A stretch of 62,310 nt of DNA, filler included, from Squatina squatina (GCA_031763465.1; 4 parts of 4 records of this genome joined end to end with filler, not necessarily neighbours in it); one strand, 5' to 3'; shown: positions 1-11,957, counted from the first letter of the whole stretch. A program made the numbers and translations. The notes: generated by a model from the letters alone, not told the origin.

Positions 1-540
1 AAGCTGATAAACACCCACCTTGGAAACAAGCAATTATTTAAATAACTATCCCTTAATTCAAAGAGCCACCAACCGGACACACATCTGAACAAATCACATA
101 GCAAGTTTGAAATTGAAATAAGTGCCTTGCCTTCTCCCTCAAGCAAACTACCTGGCAACCAATCCACCAATCATTGCAACACTCCATCAACTTGGGCTAG
201 AATATGATTTCTGTACACGAAGCTTAATTTGAAACCTTTCTTCATCATGAAAGAATTAAAGAAGTCTCATCTTAAACAAGCTGTCCTTGTTCAACTTAAA
301 AGCACATGCTGTAGTGCACTGTTTTCTTCCATATTTACACTGAGGCTACAAGTTAGACGAGCACTTGTGGCCGAGGAGTAGAGCACCGCTGCTTCTATTA
401 CCTCATCCAGATCTTTGGGTTGATGGGTACAGGTACTGAATTGATGGGAACTGCTTCCTTCCGTGGGTGGAGAACAAGGTAAACAAGGCTTAAAAAAAAA
501 TACATAAGTTTGCAACGTTGGGATCAAACAAGCTTTTATT

Positions 541-705
541 TTTCATTTATTCTCGGGATATGGGAGTCGCTGGGAAGTCCAGCATTTATTGCCATCCCTA
601 GTTGGTGGTGGGCCTTCTACTTGAGCTTCTGTAGCAACTGAGTGGCGTGCTAAGCGTCAATCACATTCGTGTGGGGCATATATAGGCCAGACCTATGTAA
701 GGGCG
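541..705 (-). mobile_element. Degraded shark SINE/LINE-tail fragment
   Basis: CAGCATTTATTGCCATCCCTA and TAGGCCAGACC..GTAAGG blocks recalled from a common shark SINE/LINE 3' end; abuts the MITE at 710. Confidence 0.55.
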
Positions 706-709
706 TTAG

Positions 710-1009
710 TAGGGTGACCAGGTCGGAAGTGTCCCAAACCGGGACAATCAGGTTGCGCATGTGCAGTCCGTTCTTTCGGTGAAACTGCGCATGCGCAGTC
801 CATTCCTCAGTTGAATTGTGCACGTGCAGTCCATTCTCTGGCGGAACTATGCATGCGCAGTCAGTTCTTCGCTGGAACTGCGCATGTTTAGTCGAGTGGG
901 CACAAAAAACCGGGACATTTGAGCAGCTTTGAGGTAAATGTCGGAACACCGGGACACTTCCTCAAAAACTGGGACTGTTCTGGAAAAACCGGGACGTCTG
1001 GTCACCTTA
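710..1009. mobile_element. hAT-Blackjack-like (MER81/MER94-type TIR) non-autonomous DNA transposon (MITE), 300 bp
   Basis: Left end TAGGGTGACCAG (710-721), right end CTGGTCACCTTA (998-1009): 11/12 inverted match. Repeated subterminal CCGGGAC/GTCCC motifs. No clear 8-bp TSD. Confidence 0.8.
752..890. repeat. Five 31-bp tandem units, each centred on a TGCGCATGCGCA-type palindrome
   Basis: Palindrome cores start at 754, 786, 817, 848 and 879 (spacing 32, 31, 31, 31). Confidence 0.9.
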
Positions 1010-1028
1010 ATGACGGGCCAAATGGCCT

Positions 1029-1200
1029 CAGAGAACAGTACAGCACAGGAGGCCATTCGGCCTATCCAGTCTGTGCGCGGCTCTTCGAAGAGCGATCCAG
1101 TCAGTCCCACTCTCCCGGCTTTCCCCATATCGCTGCAAAAATAAATTTCTCCTTCAACTATTTATCCAATTCCCTTTTGAAAAATCATGCTGTGCGATTC
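1029..1200 (-). mobile_element. CR1 LINE 3' end fragment
   Basis: ACAGCACAGGAGGCCATTCGGCC...CCCACTCTCCCGGCTTTCCCCAT matches the other CR1 tails in the window (25499, 58845). Confidence 0.7.
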
Positions 1201-1209
1201 TAAAACAAA

Positions 1210-1660
1210 AGATGGCTCTGCAGGAGCTGGAGTTTGAGGCTGGCTGACACCCAGCGGCCCACAATGCCCAGCGGGGCGGACACTCTTTCCGGCGCCAGGC
1301 GCTCCTTGTCTTTGTGCGAACGCGCCTGGCCGCTGCTCGGGGAAGGAGGCTCGATCGGCAAAGCGCGCGCGCGCGTGAGAGAGAGAGAGAAAGAAAAAGA
1401 AAATATACACACACAACAGACAATGAGGTGCGAGGTGCGGTTCGCAGCTTTGCGGGAAGGCTGCGGGCGTCTTTGTCCGTGACGAGCAGGAGCGGCGGGT
1501 GAGTGATGCGGACCGGTGAGGGGCAGAGATGCAGGTCCCGGGAGCAGCGCGAGCACCCCTCCCCCTCGCCCGGAGCTGCAGATTGAAGAGTGAGATTGAC
1601 TGACTGTGTATGGAGGGCCGAGCGGCTTTTATTGTGAGCTCTGCAAATCCTTCGGGACTC
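1210..1660. promoter_or_regulatory. CpG island, probable promoter/5' exon of an unidentified gene
   Basis: High GC and CpG density against an AT-rich background, GGGGCGG box at 1273, (GC)n-(GA)n tract at about 1363-1390. Confidence 0.6.
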
Positions 1661-2044
1661 CTGCTGATACAAATGCTTTTTTTTAAAAAAAAATCCATTG
1701 CAAACTGTGGCATGCACTGAACGGAAGACCAATCTGTAACTTTTTGTCTGTGTTGCTGCACGCATTGTGAAAACTGGGTGTATGTGGGGGTTAATCTGTT
1801 TTCTTATGTTTGTAAACGTTGATTTGTGCGTTTTCTCTTAATTCAGTTTAGTGGCGCGCGCACACGATTAATTGCAAAAAAAAAAGCTTTTTTTCCCCTG
1901 GTGTACAGAGCTTTGGCAGAGAGCATCACTACTCTGCAAAAAAAACACGAACAGTTGCGTCTACGTGTGCAGTCCCCGGGCCAACACTTTATAAAATTAG
2001 CATTTCATCTGATTTCTCATCTTTGATAAAGTGACACGAAACTA

Positions 2045-2227
2045 ACACAAAAGCGAAATACTGCGGATGCTGGAATCTGAAATTTAAACAGAATGCTGGA
2101 AACAAAAAACTCAGCAGGTCAGGCAGCATCTGTAGAGAGAGAAAAACAGAGTCGACCTGAAATGTTAACTCTTTCTCTCGCCACAGATGCTGCCTGACCT
2201 AAGTTTTTCCAGCATTCTGTTTAAATA
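2045..2227. mobile_element. Penelope-like fold-back (inverted pseudo-LTR) insertion with 11-bp TSD
   Basis: ACACGAAACTA at 2034-2044 and 2228-2238. Internal inverted arms ATTTAAACAGAATGCTGGAAA..CAGGTCAGGCAGCATCTGT and ACAGATGCTGCCTGACCT..TTTCCAGCATTCTGTTTAAAT. Confidence 0.75.
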
Positions 2228-3802
2228 ACACGAAACTAGTTTGTTTCATGGAAAGATGATCTCCCTCACTTGGTATAATTGCTGCAATTCCCTTTAAAGA
2301 AATTCTAATTCTAGACTTTGAATGCTAATTNNNNNNNNNNNNNNNNNNNNNNNNNNNNNNNNNNNNNNNNNNNNNNNNNNNNNNNNNNNNNNNNNNNNNN
2401 NNNNNNNNNNNNNNNNNNNNNNNNNNNNNNAGCAGGAATCTGCACAAATGAACCTGGAATTACAGAAGCTTTTCCAAGTAATCTCCTCAATGATGCCTCC
2501 TTTGGGAACAATGTGAAATTACTGAGAAGCCATTCCAGTTCGTAAAAATGCCTTGCTTTAATCGCTTAAGGGTAGCGCACAGCAGCTCAACCTCAGAAAA
2601 TGAAAACTGTTAAATTAATTTACATTTTAAATGGTAATAAGGACACAGTTTGTAGGTCTGGCCTAATGGAAGTTCCCATTTGAAATGTTAATTCCAGATT
2701 AAGTGAAAGGATAACCCAGCAGCCATTTAAACTGCAGCATTTTTGTTTGGGACAATGGACAATGGACAATGGAGACTTCTTGTCCGCACTCCCCTAAATC
2801 TAATGAAGCTGTGCTGGAGCCGATGCTGCAGTTTGTGAGGGAGAGGTGGACTGTCCTTTTTGATACTCAGGGGCACCCTCCATAAAAATGTCTGGTGCAG
2901 CTGGAGATAGCGAACAATCTCAATGCTGTTGGCATTGTCCAGATGCAAATACACAAGAAGATAGCAGAGCTGGAGAAAGCTCTCGAAGTAAGGCAGCAGA
3001 AAATCTTTCTTTGCTCAGTAGCCGCCCCAAATATGCATGCCACAAAGTTTTTCCTCATATCTGATTACTTATTTCCTACCACTCCATCCAAAACATTCAC
3101 ATAAACTTATGGTCCTTTGAATGTTTTCGAAGCATAGCCACATCACATTAGGCTAGCAATATAAATTGCAAACTTATATCTGAAACTGTTGTCACTCTTT
3201 ATATATATTTTTATTAAAAGTTTATGGCTTGCCTGTATTGTACTATAGTTGGAAGTGTCTGCTATGTCTTGTTTCTGGGAGAGCTGACTGTGTTTCGCTG
3301 AATGAGGGAGGTATGGAATACAGAAACTGGTTTGCAGCTCCCAAAAAGGAAATGATTCATCCTGTTTATGTGGATTATTTAACAGGAATCAGGAAACACA
3401 AAGTTCATTGAAATGGTATAAATAATTACTGTTGAATACTGGGCTATCTTCTGTCTCTGTTTACAGTCTGTGGCCTATGCAACTGTCTCATTAGGAGCAT
3501 CTGTGGCCAAGCCTCTCTTAATTTGGCTTTGTCCTGAAGGCATGTGAATTGCTTGTCAGAATTCTGACAGACCATTCTGCTGTGCTTGGAAAATATATTT
3601 TAGATTGACAGTTTTGATTAAATTGGGGAGGCATCCTCTTTGTGCAGTAGTCTGACGTGAAAAATGAAGAGAAATTCATGAACTAACCAAGTACCCAACA
3701 TTCTTGAATTGCTTACTTGCTGTATGGCCAAAGACTAGTGAAGGACTCCATGGGCTACCTTACTCGTGTAAAAGATTTTCCTCACAGATGTGTGATCCAA
3801 GT

Positions 3803-3965
3803 TATGAGAAGGATGTGAAGGCCTTGGAGAGGGTGCAAAAAAGATTTACGAGAATGGTTCCAGGGATGAGGGGCTTCAGTTATGTGGGTAGACTGGAGAA
3901 GCTGGGGTTGTTCTCCTTGGAGCAGAGAAGATTGAGAGGAGATTTGATCGAGGTGTTCAAAATCA
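3803..3965 (+). mobile_element. CR1 LINE ORF2 C-terminal fragment
   Basis: Translates YEKDVKALERVQKRFTRMVPGMRGFSYVGRLEKLGLFSLEQRRLRGDLIEVFKI, the typical CR1 ORF2 C-terminus. Confidence 0.92.
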
Positions 3966-4484
3966 NNNNNNNNNNNNNNNNNNNNNNNNNNNNNNNNNNN
4001 NNNNNNNNNNNNNNNNNNNNNNNNNNNNNNNNNNNNNNNNNNNNNNNNNNNNNNNNNNNNNNNNNTATGCATCGCAACAGGGTTTCGGTGCTTCTCTGGG
4101 ATAGTGGGAGTTGGGTAGGTTTTAAAGAGGGGTGGGGGATGGGAGAATTTGAAAGCTCCCTTTAAGACCAACAGTCCATCTATCACTGAAACGTCATTAG
4201 CAGAGGTAAGTGAAAACACAAGGCTGAGAAAGGTCAGATTCCATCTCTGCCTCATTTTTCAACACTTTAATTATGCCATTACCTCGCAAGCATGTTTCAA
4301 CAATCCTATCATTTATGGATATCCCGTGCATAGCAAGGCACTACACTCACCTCTTGCAGACACCCGCATTAAAAACACACAAGCTGCAGAAGAGATGCAA
4401 TTATTTCTGAAAAATTATTTAACTTTTACCCTTATGGGTTTATATACTTACACTAAGAGAGTGAAAGGACAAAAGGTAGGTCGT

Positions 4485-4698
4485 CCATTCACACTAGTCT
4501 CTCAGCCTAGACCATATCGCCCGGCCTATTCACACTAGTCTCTCACACGGGCCCAGTCACACTAGTCTCTCACATGGCCCATTGACACTCGTCTCACACT
4601 GGCCCATTGAAACTAGTCTCTCACACTGGCCCATTCACATTAGTCTATCACACAGCCAATTCACACCTGACTCTCACTGGCCCACTCACACTCGTCTC
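4485..4698. repeat. ~25-27-bp minisatellite (CACACTAGTCTCTCACACTGGCCCATT)
   Basis: About 8 diverged tandem units running into a gap. Confidence 0.85.
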
Positions 4699-4867
4699 NN
4701 NNNNNNNNNNNNNNNNNNNNNNNNNNNNNNNNNNNNNNNNNNNNNNNNNNNNNNNNNNNNNNNNNNNNNNNNNNNNNNNNNNNNNNNNNNNNNNNNNNGT
4801 GACGGAATAGGCTCGAAGGGCTGAATGGCCTACTCCTGTTGCTATGAACCACCTGAAAAAAAGCAAA

Positions 4868-4990
4868 CGAGGCCTCAGTTTAAAGTTCCATCTGAAGGAC
4901 GGCACCTCTGACAATGCAGGGCTCCCTCAGTCGTGTACTGGATCGAGACCCAAACTTAACGTGCTCACATACAGGCCCTTCTGACTCAGC
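4868..4990 (-). mobile_element. SacSINE1/Deu-SINE 5' fragment
   Basis: CATCTGAAGGACGGCACCTCTGACAATGCAG..CTCCCTCAG..CCTTCTGACTCAG is the reverse of the 7575 and 20495 copies. Confidence 0.7.
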
Positions 4991-5623
4991 TGTACCAGCA
5001 TCAGCACTAGCCAGCTAAAATGGATAGGCTTCAAGATTGGACTGTTCAATTGGACTCAGTGGAGATCTGTCCCACAGTCAATGAAGCCTACCGCCAGACA
5101 GGTTCTGGGCTATTTTGTGAAAATAGTGCCAGGCATCTGATCCTCACAAGCTCACTTAGGTTTAAATGAACTCATTATCCTGACAGGGAAGAAAAACCCA
5201 GCAGTTGCATGACAGTGAAAGTGATCATTAACATTCACAATCAGACAAGACAAATGGGCTTCTATTCATTTCAAGAAAATGCAACATGCTCAGGAGTTGC
5301 ACTTTCAAGCCAGGACACTCTCAACATTGACATATTGGGCTTGTAATATTCACAGTAACCCTGAGTCCATAATCGGTTGTACAAAAACAAAAGACAGCAT
5401 TGAAAAATGTGCTGAACTGCTCTGATGGATAACCAGGCCATCCAGGTCATATCTTCAGGATTTGCGCAGCCTGTGGGTGGTTGTTTTGCACACTGAGAAA
5501 CAAATTAAACTTTAAACCTCTGANNNNNNNNNNNNNNNNNNNNNNNNNNNNNNNNNNNNNNNNNNNNNNNNNNNNNNNNNNNNNNNNNNNNNNNNNNNNN
5601 NNNNNNNNNNNNNNNNNNNNNNN

Positions 5624-6130
5624 CTGCACTCCCTCTATGGCGAGAATATCCTTCCTTGGGTGAGGAGACCAAAACTGTACACAATACTCCAGGTGTGGTC
5701 TCACCAGGGCCCGATATAAATACAATAAGACGTCTTTACTTTTATACTCCAAACCCTTTGTAATAAAGGTCAACATACCATTTGATTTTCTCATTGCTTG
5801 CTGTACCTGGATATTAACTTTCTGTGATTTGTGTCCAAGGACACCCAGGTCCCTCTGAAGACCAACATTTCACAATCTCTCACCATTTAAAAAATATTCT
5901 GCTTTTCTATTTTTCCCACCAAAGTGGATAACTTCACACTTCTCCACATTATATTCCATCTGCCATATTCTTGCCCACACACTTAGTATGCCTATATCCC
6001 TTTGCAGGCTCTTTGCATCCTCCTCACAGCTCACTTTCCCACCGAACTTTGTATCATCAGCAAACTTGGATACATTACACTCAGTTCCCTCATCTAAGTC
6101 ATTGATAGAGATTGTAAATCGCTGATGCCC
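5624..6130 (-). mobile_element. CR1 LINE reverse-transcriptase fragment (disrupted)
   Basis: INDLDEGTECNVSKFADDTKFGG..QMEYNVEKCEVIHFG and LYRALVRPHLEYCVQFWSP; FADD catalytic motif; the reading is split into two ORFs. Confidence 0.93.
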
Positions 6131-7574
6131 AAGCAATGATCCGTTTATTCCTAATCTCTTTTTTTTAAAATTACTTTCAATATGAGATGATAAATGCAAA
6201 TTTTAGGGTTTACGTTCAGTGAGAAAGCATTTTTTTCCAAAATTTGTGATGCAAGATGGAGCCTCACTCACTGTTAGAATTATATACTGTTCAGCTTCAC
6301 ATCCTCATATCTTAACACTTAAGAAAACAGCTTTGAAAAATCAAACCTTTATTTTGTTAACAAATCAATATTCTAGAATAATGTGCAGATTTTCATTTTG
6401 CGTACAGTAAGTTATCTCGTTTCATGGAGAAAAAAAAAAGTCTTCAGCAAAATGTGCATATTCCACCAACTATAACAGATACTATCTGAATAAACACACA
6501 AGGGCTTCCTCCCGAACTCTCCAACTTTAATAAAACAGCCAGCTGTGGGCTGTTCCCAGGGCAGTCAGAGCACATTTCATCCTGAAAGCACTTTGAAAGC
6601 ATTTCCTGAAAGACCCTTTGAAACGCAGCTGAACAAAGGGGGCCTCCAGCTATTTTGTCCAATCAAATCGAGCAGCTCTGTCGTCAGGCACAATGTGCCT
6701 CGCATTAACCTTCAAAGCCAAAGAAAGAGGAGGCAGGTATTCAGAGTGGAAATATCTTCTTAGCTGGGTCAGACAACCAGTACAGATGATGTTTTCTGTC
6801 AGTGATTTGTGGTTCAGTGTATGCAGTGACCTTTCAGCTTCACATTGTATAAGTAGTCACTTAGGGGACGTTTGCAACTCCAACAGTTTTGCGAAGGACA
6901 TCATTTCTGTGCTTCACCCGGCACAGGCCAAAGCACCCTTGACATGAATATATTAGTTAAAGCAGGATACAGAGGATAAGAGAGCACCAAGTGTGCTGGA
7001 AAATCCGAGAAATGGTCGGTAGTGCCCCAAGGAAGGTTAAGAGATACAATGCAGCAGGGCCTTTTGTTAAAAACAAATCTATATTTGTGAATGAAAAACT
7101 GGCATGGGAGATCACAAAGACCCTGAATAAAGAACTGATTTAAAACAAAAAACTGCTGTTAACTCATATAACATTCTTGATGAATAATTAATTCTTGTAT
7201 TCCACTTTGTTTCAAAGTAAATGTTGCATAGCTTCCCTGCAATATTTTTTAAATTTAAATAGGTAGTGTTTTTTAGATAGCATGAAGAAGTGGTTATGTT
7301 GTCTACTGTGCAAATGTAACAGCACTTTTGTTCATGGGAAAGGAGTCCTTTTGAAGAATGACTGTATTTAACATTGTATTTAAGTTGTCTATTTAAAGAA
7401 TGTACCTAGATGCTTTGGAGGGCTCAGCACTTGAAAGATGTTCCATGGGGCCACAGCTTCGGTGAATCTGGATGTTGACCCCATATCTTTGGCCTTCGGG
7501 ATACCTGCCGATCACTGCAAATAAGCTTTTAAGTGAAAAGGAGCAAGAAGAAGGTCTTCATTTTAACAGATTTA

Positions 7575-7998
7575 GGTGGCTCAGTGGTAGCAATCTCACC
7601 TCTGAGTCAGAAGGTCAGGGCTTCAAGTCCCTTTTCAGAGAATTGAGCACAAAATCTAGGCTAACGCTCTGGGTGCAGTACCGAGGGAGTGCTGCACTTT
7701 TGGAGTGCTGTCTTTCGGACCCGACGTTAAACTCAGGCCCTGCCTGCCCTCTCAGGTGGCCCTAAAACATCCCATGCACTATTTCGAAGAAGAGCAGGGA
7801 CATTTTTCCCTGGTGTTTTGGCCAGTATTCATCTCTCAACCAACGTCACTAAAACAGGTGATGTGGTCGTTTATCGTATTGCTGTTTGTGGGACTTTGCG
7901 CAAATTGGCTGCTGTGTTTTCGCCATTACAACAGTGACTACGCTTCAAAGTGCTTTGGGACATCCTGAGGTTGTGAACTGCAAGTTCTATCTTTTTTC
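7575..7998 (+). mobile_element. SacSINE1-like (Deu-domain) tRNA-derived SINE, near full length
   Basis: A-box-like GGTGGCTCAGTGGTAGC head, Deu core GTCTTTCGGA..CGTTAAACT.AGGCCC..CCCATG.ACTATTT.GAAGAAGAGCAGGG, and 3' tail. Confidence 0.85.
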
Positions 7999-9184
7999 AT
8001 TAGATGGAACAATACAATAGGCTGGAGCAACAGCTCTGTAAAAGCCTGTGTTTCACATGGTCGTGGTTCAAAGCTGGGGAATGTCGGTGGGGGATGGGTT
8101 TGTTATTATTTCCAACTGTGTCCAAAGAAAGAGGGAAACTGTATTTCTTGTCATGCCCTTGAGAGAGAGAGTGGAGACAAAGCATATTTTTCCAAGAACA
8201 TTTTAAAAAAACACAGGTGAAGAACGTTGGTGACCCAGATAAATGATGGCGCCCCATTATCTTGATCTTGGCAGTGATAATCTGATGTCAGCTGAGTTAC
8301 TTGCTAATCTTGGCTCCTTGCCACCTACAAGCGGCTGCACTGGAAACTGCATGAGTAAGACCAGGAATAAAAGGAACGTTATACGACTGGTCCAAATCAG
8401 ATACTTCATCTCTTTTCATCACCTTGTATGTGTTAGCATTACTCACCTTAACCACTCTTTTTCAGCCTTAGTGGTGCCCCTGCAGAATAGACTTAGATCT
8501 TGACTTCTCAATAAAAAAAACACACACACACACANNNNNNNNNNNNNNNNNNNNNNNNNNNNNNNNNNNNNNNNNNNNNNNNNNNNNNNNNNNNNNNNNN
8601 NNNNNNNNNNNNNNNNNNNNNNNNNNNNNNNNNNCGATTTTTGAATGATCAAGTGGGTAGTTTTAGTGCTGTCAGCTGCTTTGGCCTCGCTGCTCTTTTG
8701 AACGAGGAAAACAAAGCAGAGAAAGATCAGTTAGCATCTACCCAGAAGGTGATTACTCAGCAGCCGTCTGCACGAGTTATTGGCAAAATAACAGCTTTAT
8801 TTTTCGCATGTGGTGAGGCGTACATCGATTCTGATGATATCAGCACAAAGCAACCTGTTTATCTTCCAAGATTTGATCGGACGAGATGAAATTCCGTCTG
8901 CCCAACATGAAAGGACAATAAAACCTCCCTCTGCCTCGTCATGTCATGTCATCTCCTGTTAACACGAAACCTCCTTCAGGAGAATTTCGGGCGAATGTCT
9001 CAGGTGTCTACCCCTGCCCGTCTGCCAACAATACAACTTCAACACCTATTGTGCCTCACGTAATAGAGAGAGGTCAAAACAGATCTCATCGGGCAAAGAG
9101 TGAAGATGCACAAGGAACAGAAGGATTGAGCAGGGAGACTTGAAGGCACAGCCAAAAGGAAGGCTGGTGTGTGGGAAAAAGGGA

Positions 9185-9331
9185 GAAAGAACTTGCATTT
9201 CTATAGCGCCTTTCACAACCTCAGGACATCCCAAGGGGCTTTGCCGCCAATCAAATACTTTTAAAGTGAAGTCATTGTTGTAATGTAGGCAGCCAATTTG
9301 CACACAGCAAGATCTCATGAACAACCATGAG
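9185..9331 (-). mobile_element. SacSINE1-like 3' tail fragment
   Basis: ACTTGCATTTCTATAGCGCCTTTCAC is the reverse complement of the 20905-20935 tail. Confidence 0.8.
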
Positions 9332-9789
9332 AAAGACCCCTGCTCGCCCATTTAATAACACACTGTCCCAGGGCCCCAATCAACAGCAGGCCTCGCCCTC
9401 CCATTTAATGTGTTTGTAAATCAGCATCATCTGAGCTCCAGGGTTATTATGCAAATTGCAGAGCCTTCCCCTCCAAGCTCGCTGTACAGAGATTTATCGG
9501 ATTTATTTCAAGTACTAGAATAGAATTATTAGACATTATGGTTTGAAATGCATTTCTGGGTGAAATAAACCAGATTTCTTGATGTGGGGCCAGTTTTGAG
9601 GAAACCACAGCATTAAAAAAGATCTTTCACAAAGTGCAGGAACGGTCCTTTTGTTTATGACAAGTGCTCGTGTCATTTCTCACTGAGATCACATTTCACC
9701 CCTGATTTGATTTGGCTTCAGTGGATTTCATGACACGTTTATGATTAGATTGCCACCTCTACAGTCAGTGTTCAAACAAAGATGGGTTC

Positions 9790-11857
9790 TCACTGATGCA
9801 CTGTGAAATTGATACACTCTCAGATTGATGCAGTCTCAGAATGATGGACTCTCAGATTAATACACTCTCACATTGATGCACACTCAGATTGATACAATCT
9901 CAGATTGATGCACTCTCAGATTGATACATTCTCAGATTGATACACTCTCAGATTGAAGCATTCTCATTTTCATGCAATCTCAGATTGATGCACTCTCAGT
10001 TTGATACACTCTCAGATTGATACATTCTCAGATTGATACATTCTCAGATTGATGAACTCTCAGATTGATGCACTCTCAGACTGATAGATTCTCAGATTGA
10101 TCACTCTCATATTGATCACTCTCATATTGATACATTATCAGGTTGATGCACTCTCAGGTTGATACACTCTCAGATTGATGCACTCTCAGCTCAGTACACT
10201 CACAGATTGATGCACTCTCAGATTGATGCTCCCTCAGATTCATGCACTCTCAGATTCATGCACTCTCAGATCAGTACACTCACAGATTGATGCAATCTCA
10301 GATTCATGCTCTCTCAGATTGATGCACTCTCAGATTGAAGCACGCTCGATTGATGCACTCTCAGATTGATAGACTCACAGATTGACACATCTCAGATTGA
10401 CGCACTCTCAGATTGATGCACTCTCAGATTGATGCACTCTCACATTGATTCAACCTCAGACTGATAAACTCTCAGATGAACCCACTCTCAGACTGATAAA
10501 CTCTCTGATTGATACACTCTCAGGTTGATGCACTCTCAGTTTGATGCACTCTCAGATTGATGCACTCTCACAAAGATTCACTCTCAGATGGATGCACTCT
10601 CAGATTGATAAACTCTCAGATTGATGTACTATCAGATGGATGCAATCTTAGAGTAATGCACTCACAGATTAATGCACTCTCACATAGATTCACTCTCAGA
10701 TTGATGCAAACTCAGATTGATACTCTCTCAGATTGATGCACTCTCTGATTGATACACTCTCAGATTGATAGACTCTCAGATTGATGCACTCTCAGAGTGA
10801 TGAAACATCACATTGATGCACACTCAGATGGATGCACTGTCAGATTGATAGACTCTCAGATTGAGGCACTCTCAGATTGATACTCTATCAGAATGATACA
10901 CTCTCAGATTGATGCACTCCCAGATTGATGCACTCTAACATTGGTACACACTCAGATTGATGCATTCTCAGATTGAGGCACTCTCAGATTGATAAAATCA
11001 TAGATTAAATCTCTCCCAGGTTGATGCATTCTCAGATTGATGCATTCTGAGATGAAGGCACACCCAGGTTGATCCCATCTCAAATCGATGCACTCTCAGA
11101 TTGATACAATCAAAGATTCAATCTCTCTCAGTTTGCTGCAAACTCAGATTGACTCACTCACTGACAGATTCGTGCTCAGTTTGAAGCACTCTTGCACTGA
11201 ATCACAAACAGATTGAGGAACTCTGACACTGATAAACTCTACGATTATTACACTCTCAGATTGAGTCACTCGCAAAGTGATACACTCTCAGATTGATTCA
11301 CTCTCAGTTGCTACACTCTCAGGTTGATGATCTCTCACATTGATTCACTCTCAGATTGATTCACTCTCAGATTGATTCACTCTCAGATTGAGGTAATCTC
11401 AGATTGATTCACTTGACGAATGATACAATCATAGACTAAGCATCTCTCAGGTTGATGCAAACTCAGATTGATGCACTCACTGATTCATTCGTGCTCAGAT
11501 TGATGCACTCTCAGCTGGAATCACTCTCAGCTTGATGAGCACTCACACTGATATACTCTGTGATTCATGCACTCTCAGATTGAAGCACTCTCAGATTGAC
11601 ACAATCATAGATTAAATCTCTCTCAGATTGATGCACTCTCAGATTGATGCATTCTCAGATTGATCCAATCTCAGATGAAGGCAGTCCCAGGTTGATCCCC
11701 TCTCAGATTGATGCACTCTCAGGTTGATACAATCATAGATTCAATTTCTCTCAATTTGCTGCAAACTCAGATTGACTCACTCACTGATTGATTCGTGCTC
11801 AGATTGATGCACTCTTACAATGAATCAGAAACAGATTGCTGAACTCTCACAGTGATA
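9790..11857. repeat. 16-bp satellite (CTCTCAGATTGATGCA)n, ~2.05 kb, with higher-order repeats in its 3' half
   Basis: More than 100 diverged tandem units; variant blocks recur (about 10987-11234 vs 11594-11857); ends in a gap. Confidence 0.95.
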
Positions 11858-11957
11858 NNNNNNNNNNNNNNNNNNNNNNNNNNNNNNNNNNNNNNNNNNN
11901 NNNNNNNNNNNNNNNNNNNNNNNNNNNNNNNNNNNNNNNNNNNNNNNNNNNNNNNNN

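Noticed and set aside
752-890. CRISPR-like array (palindromic repeat plus short spacer)
   Set aside because: The spacers are only ~15 bp and resemble each other, the array lies inside a TIR element in vertebrate DNA, and there are no cas genes
1154-1765. 199-203 aa minus-strand ORFs
   Set aside because: Overlapping ORFs in several frames are expected in stop-poor CpG-island sequence; no domain recognised
2888-3104. Coiled-coil-like ORF (IHKKIAELEKALE) with a GTAAGG donor
   Set aside because: In-frame stop just upstream, no convincing acceptor in that frame, and no recognisable homology
7575-7635. tRNA gene
   Set aside because: The A/B-box-like head continues into the Deu-SINE body; no complete cloverleaf
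9790-11857. CRISPR array or repetitive coding sequence
   Set aside because: Contiguous 16-bp monomers with no unique spacers, a period not divisible by 3, and frequent stops
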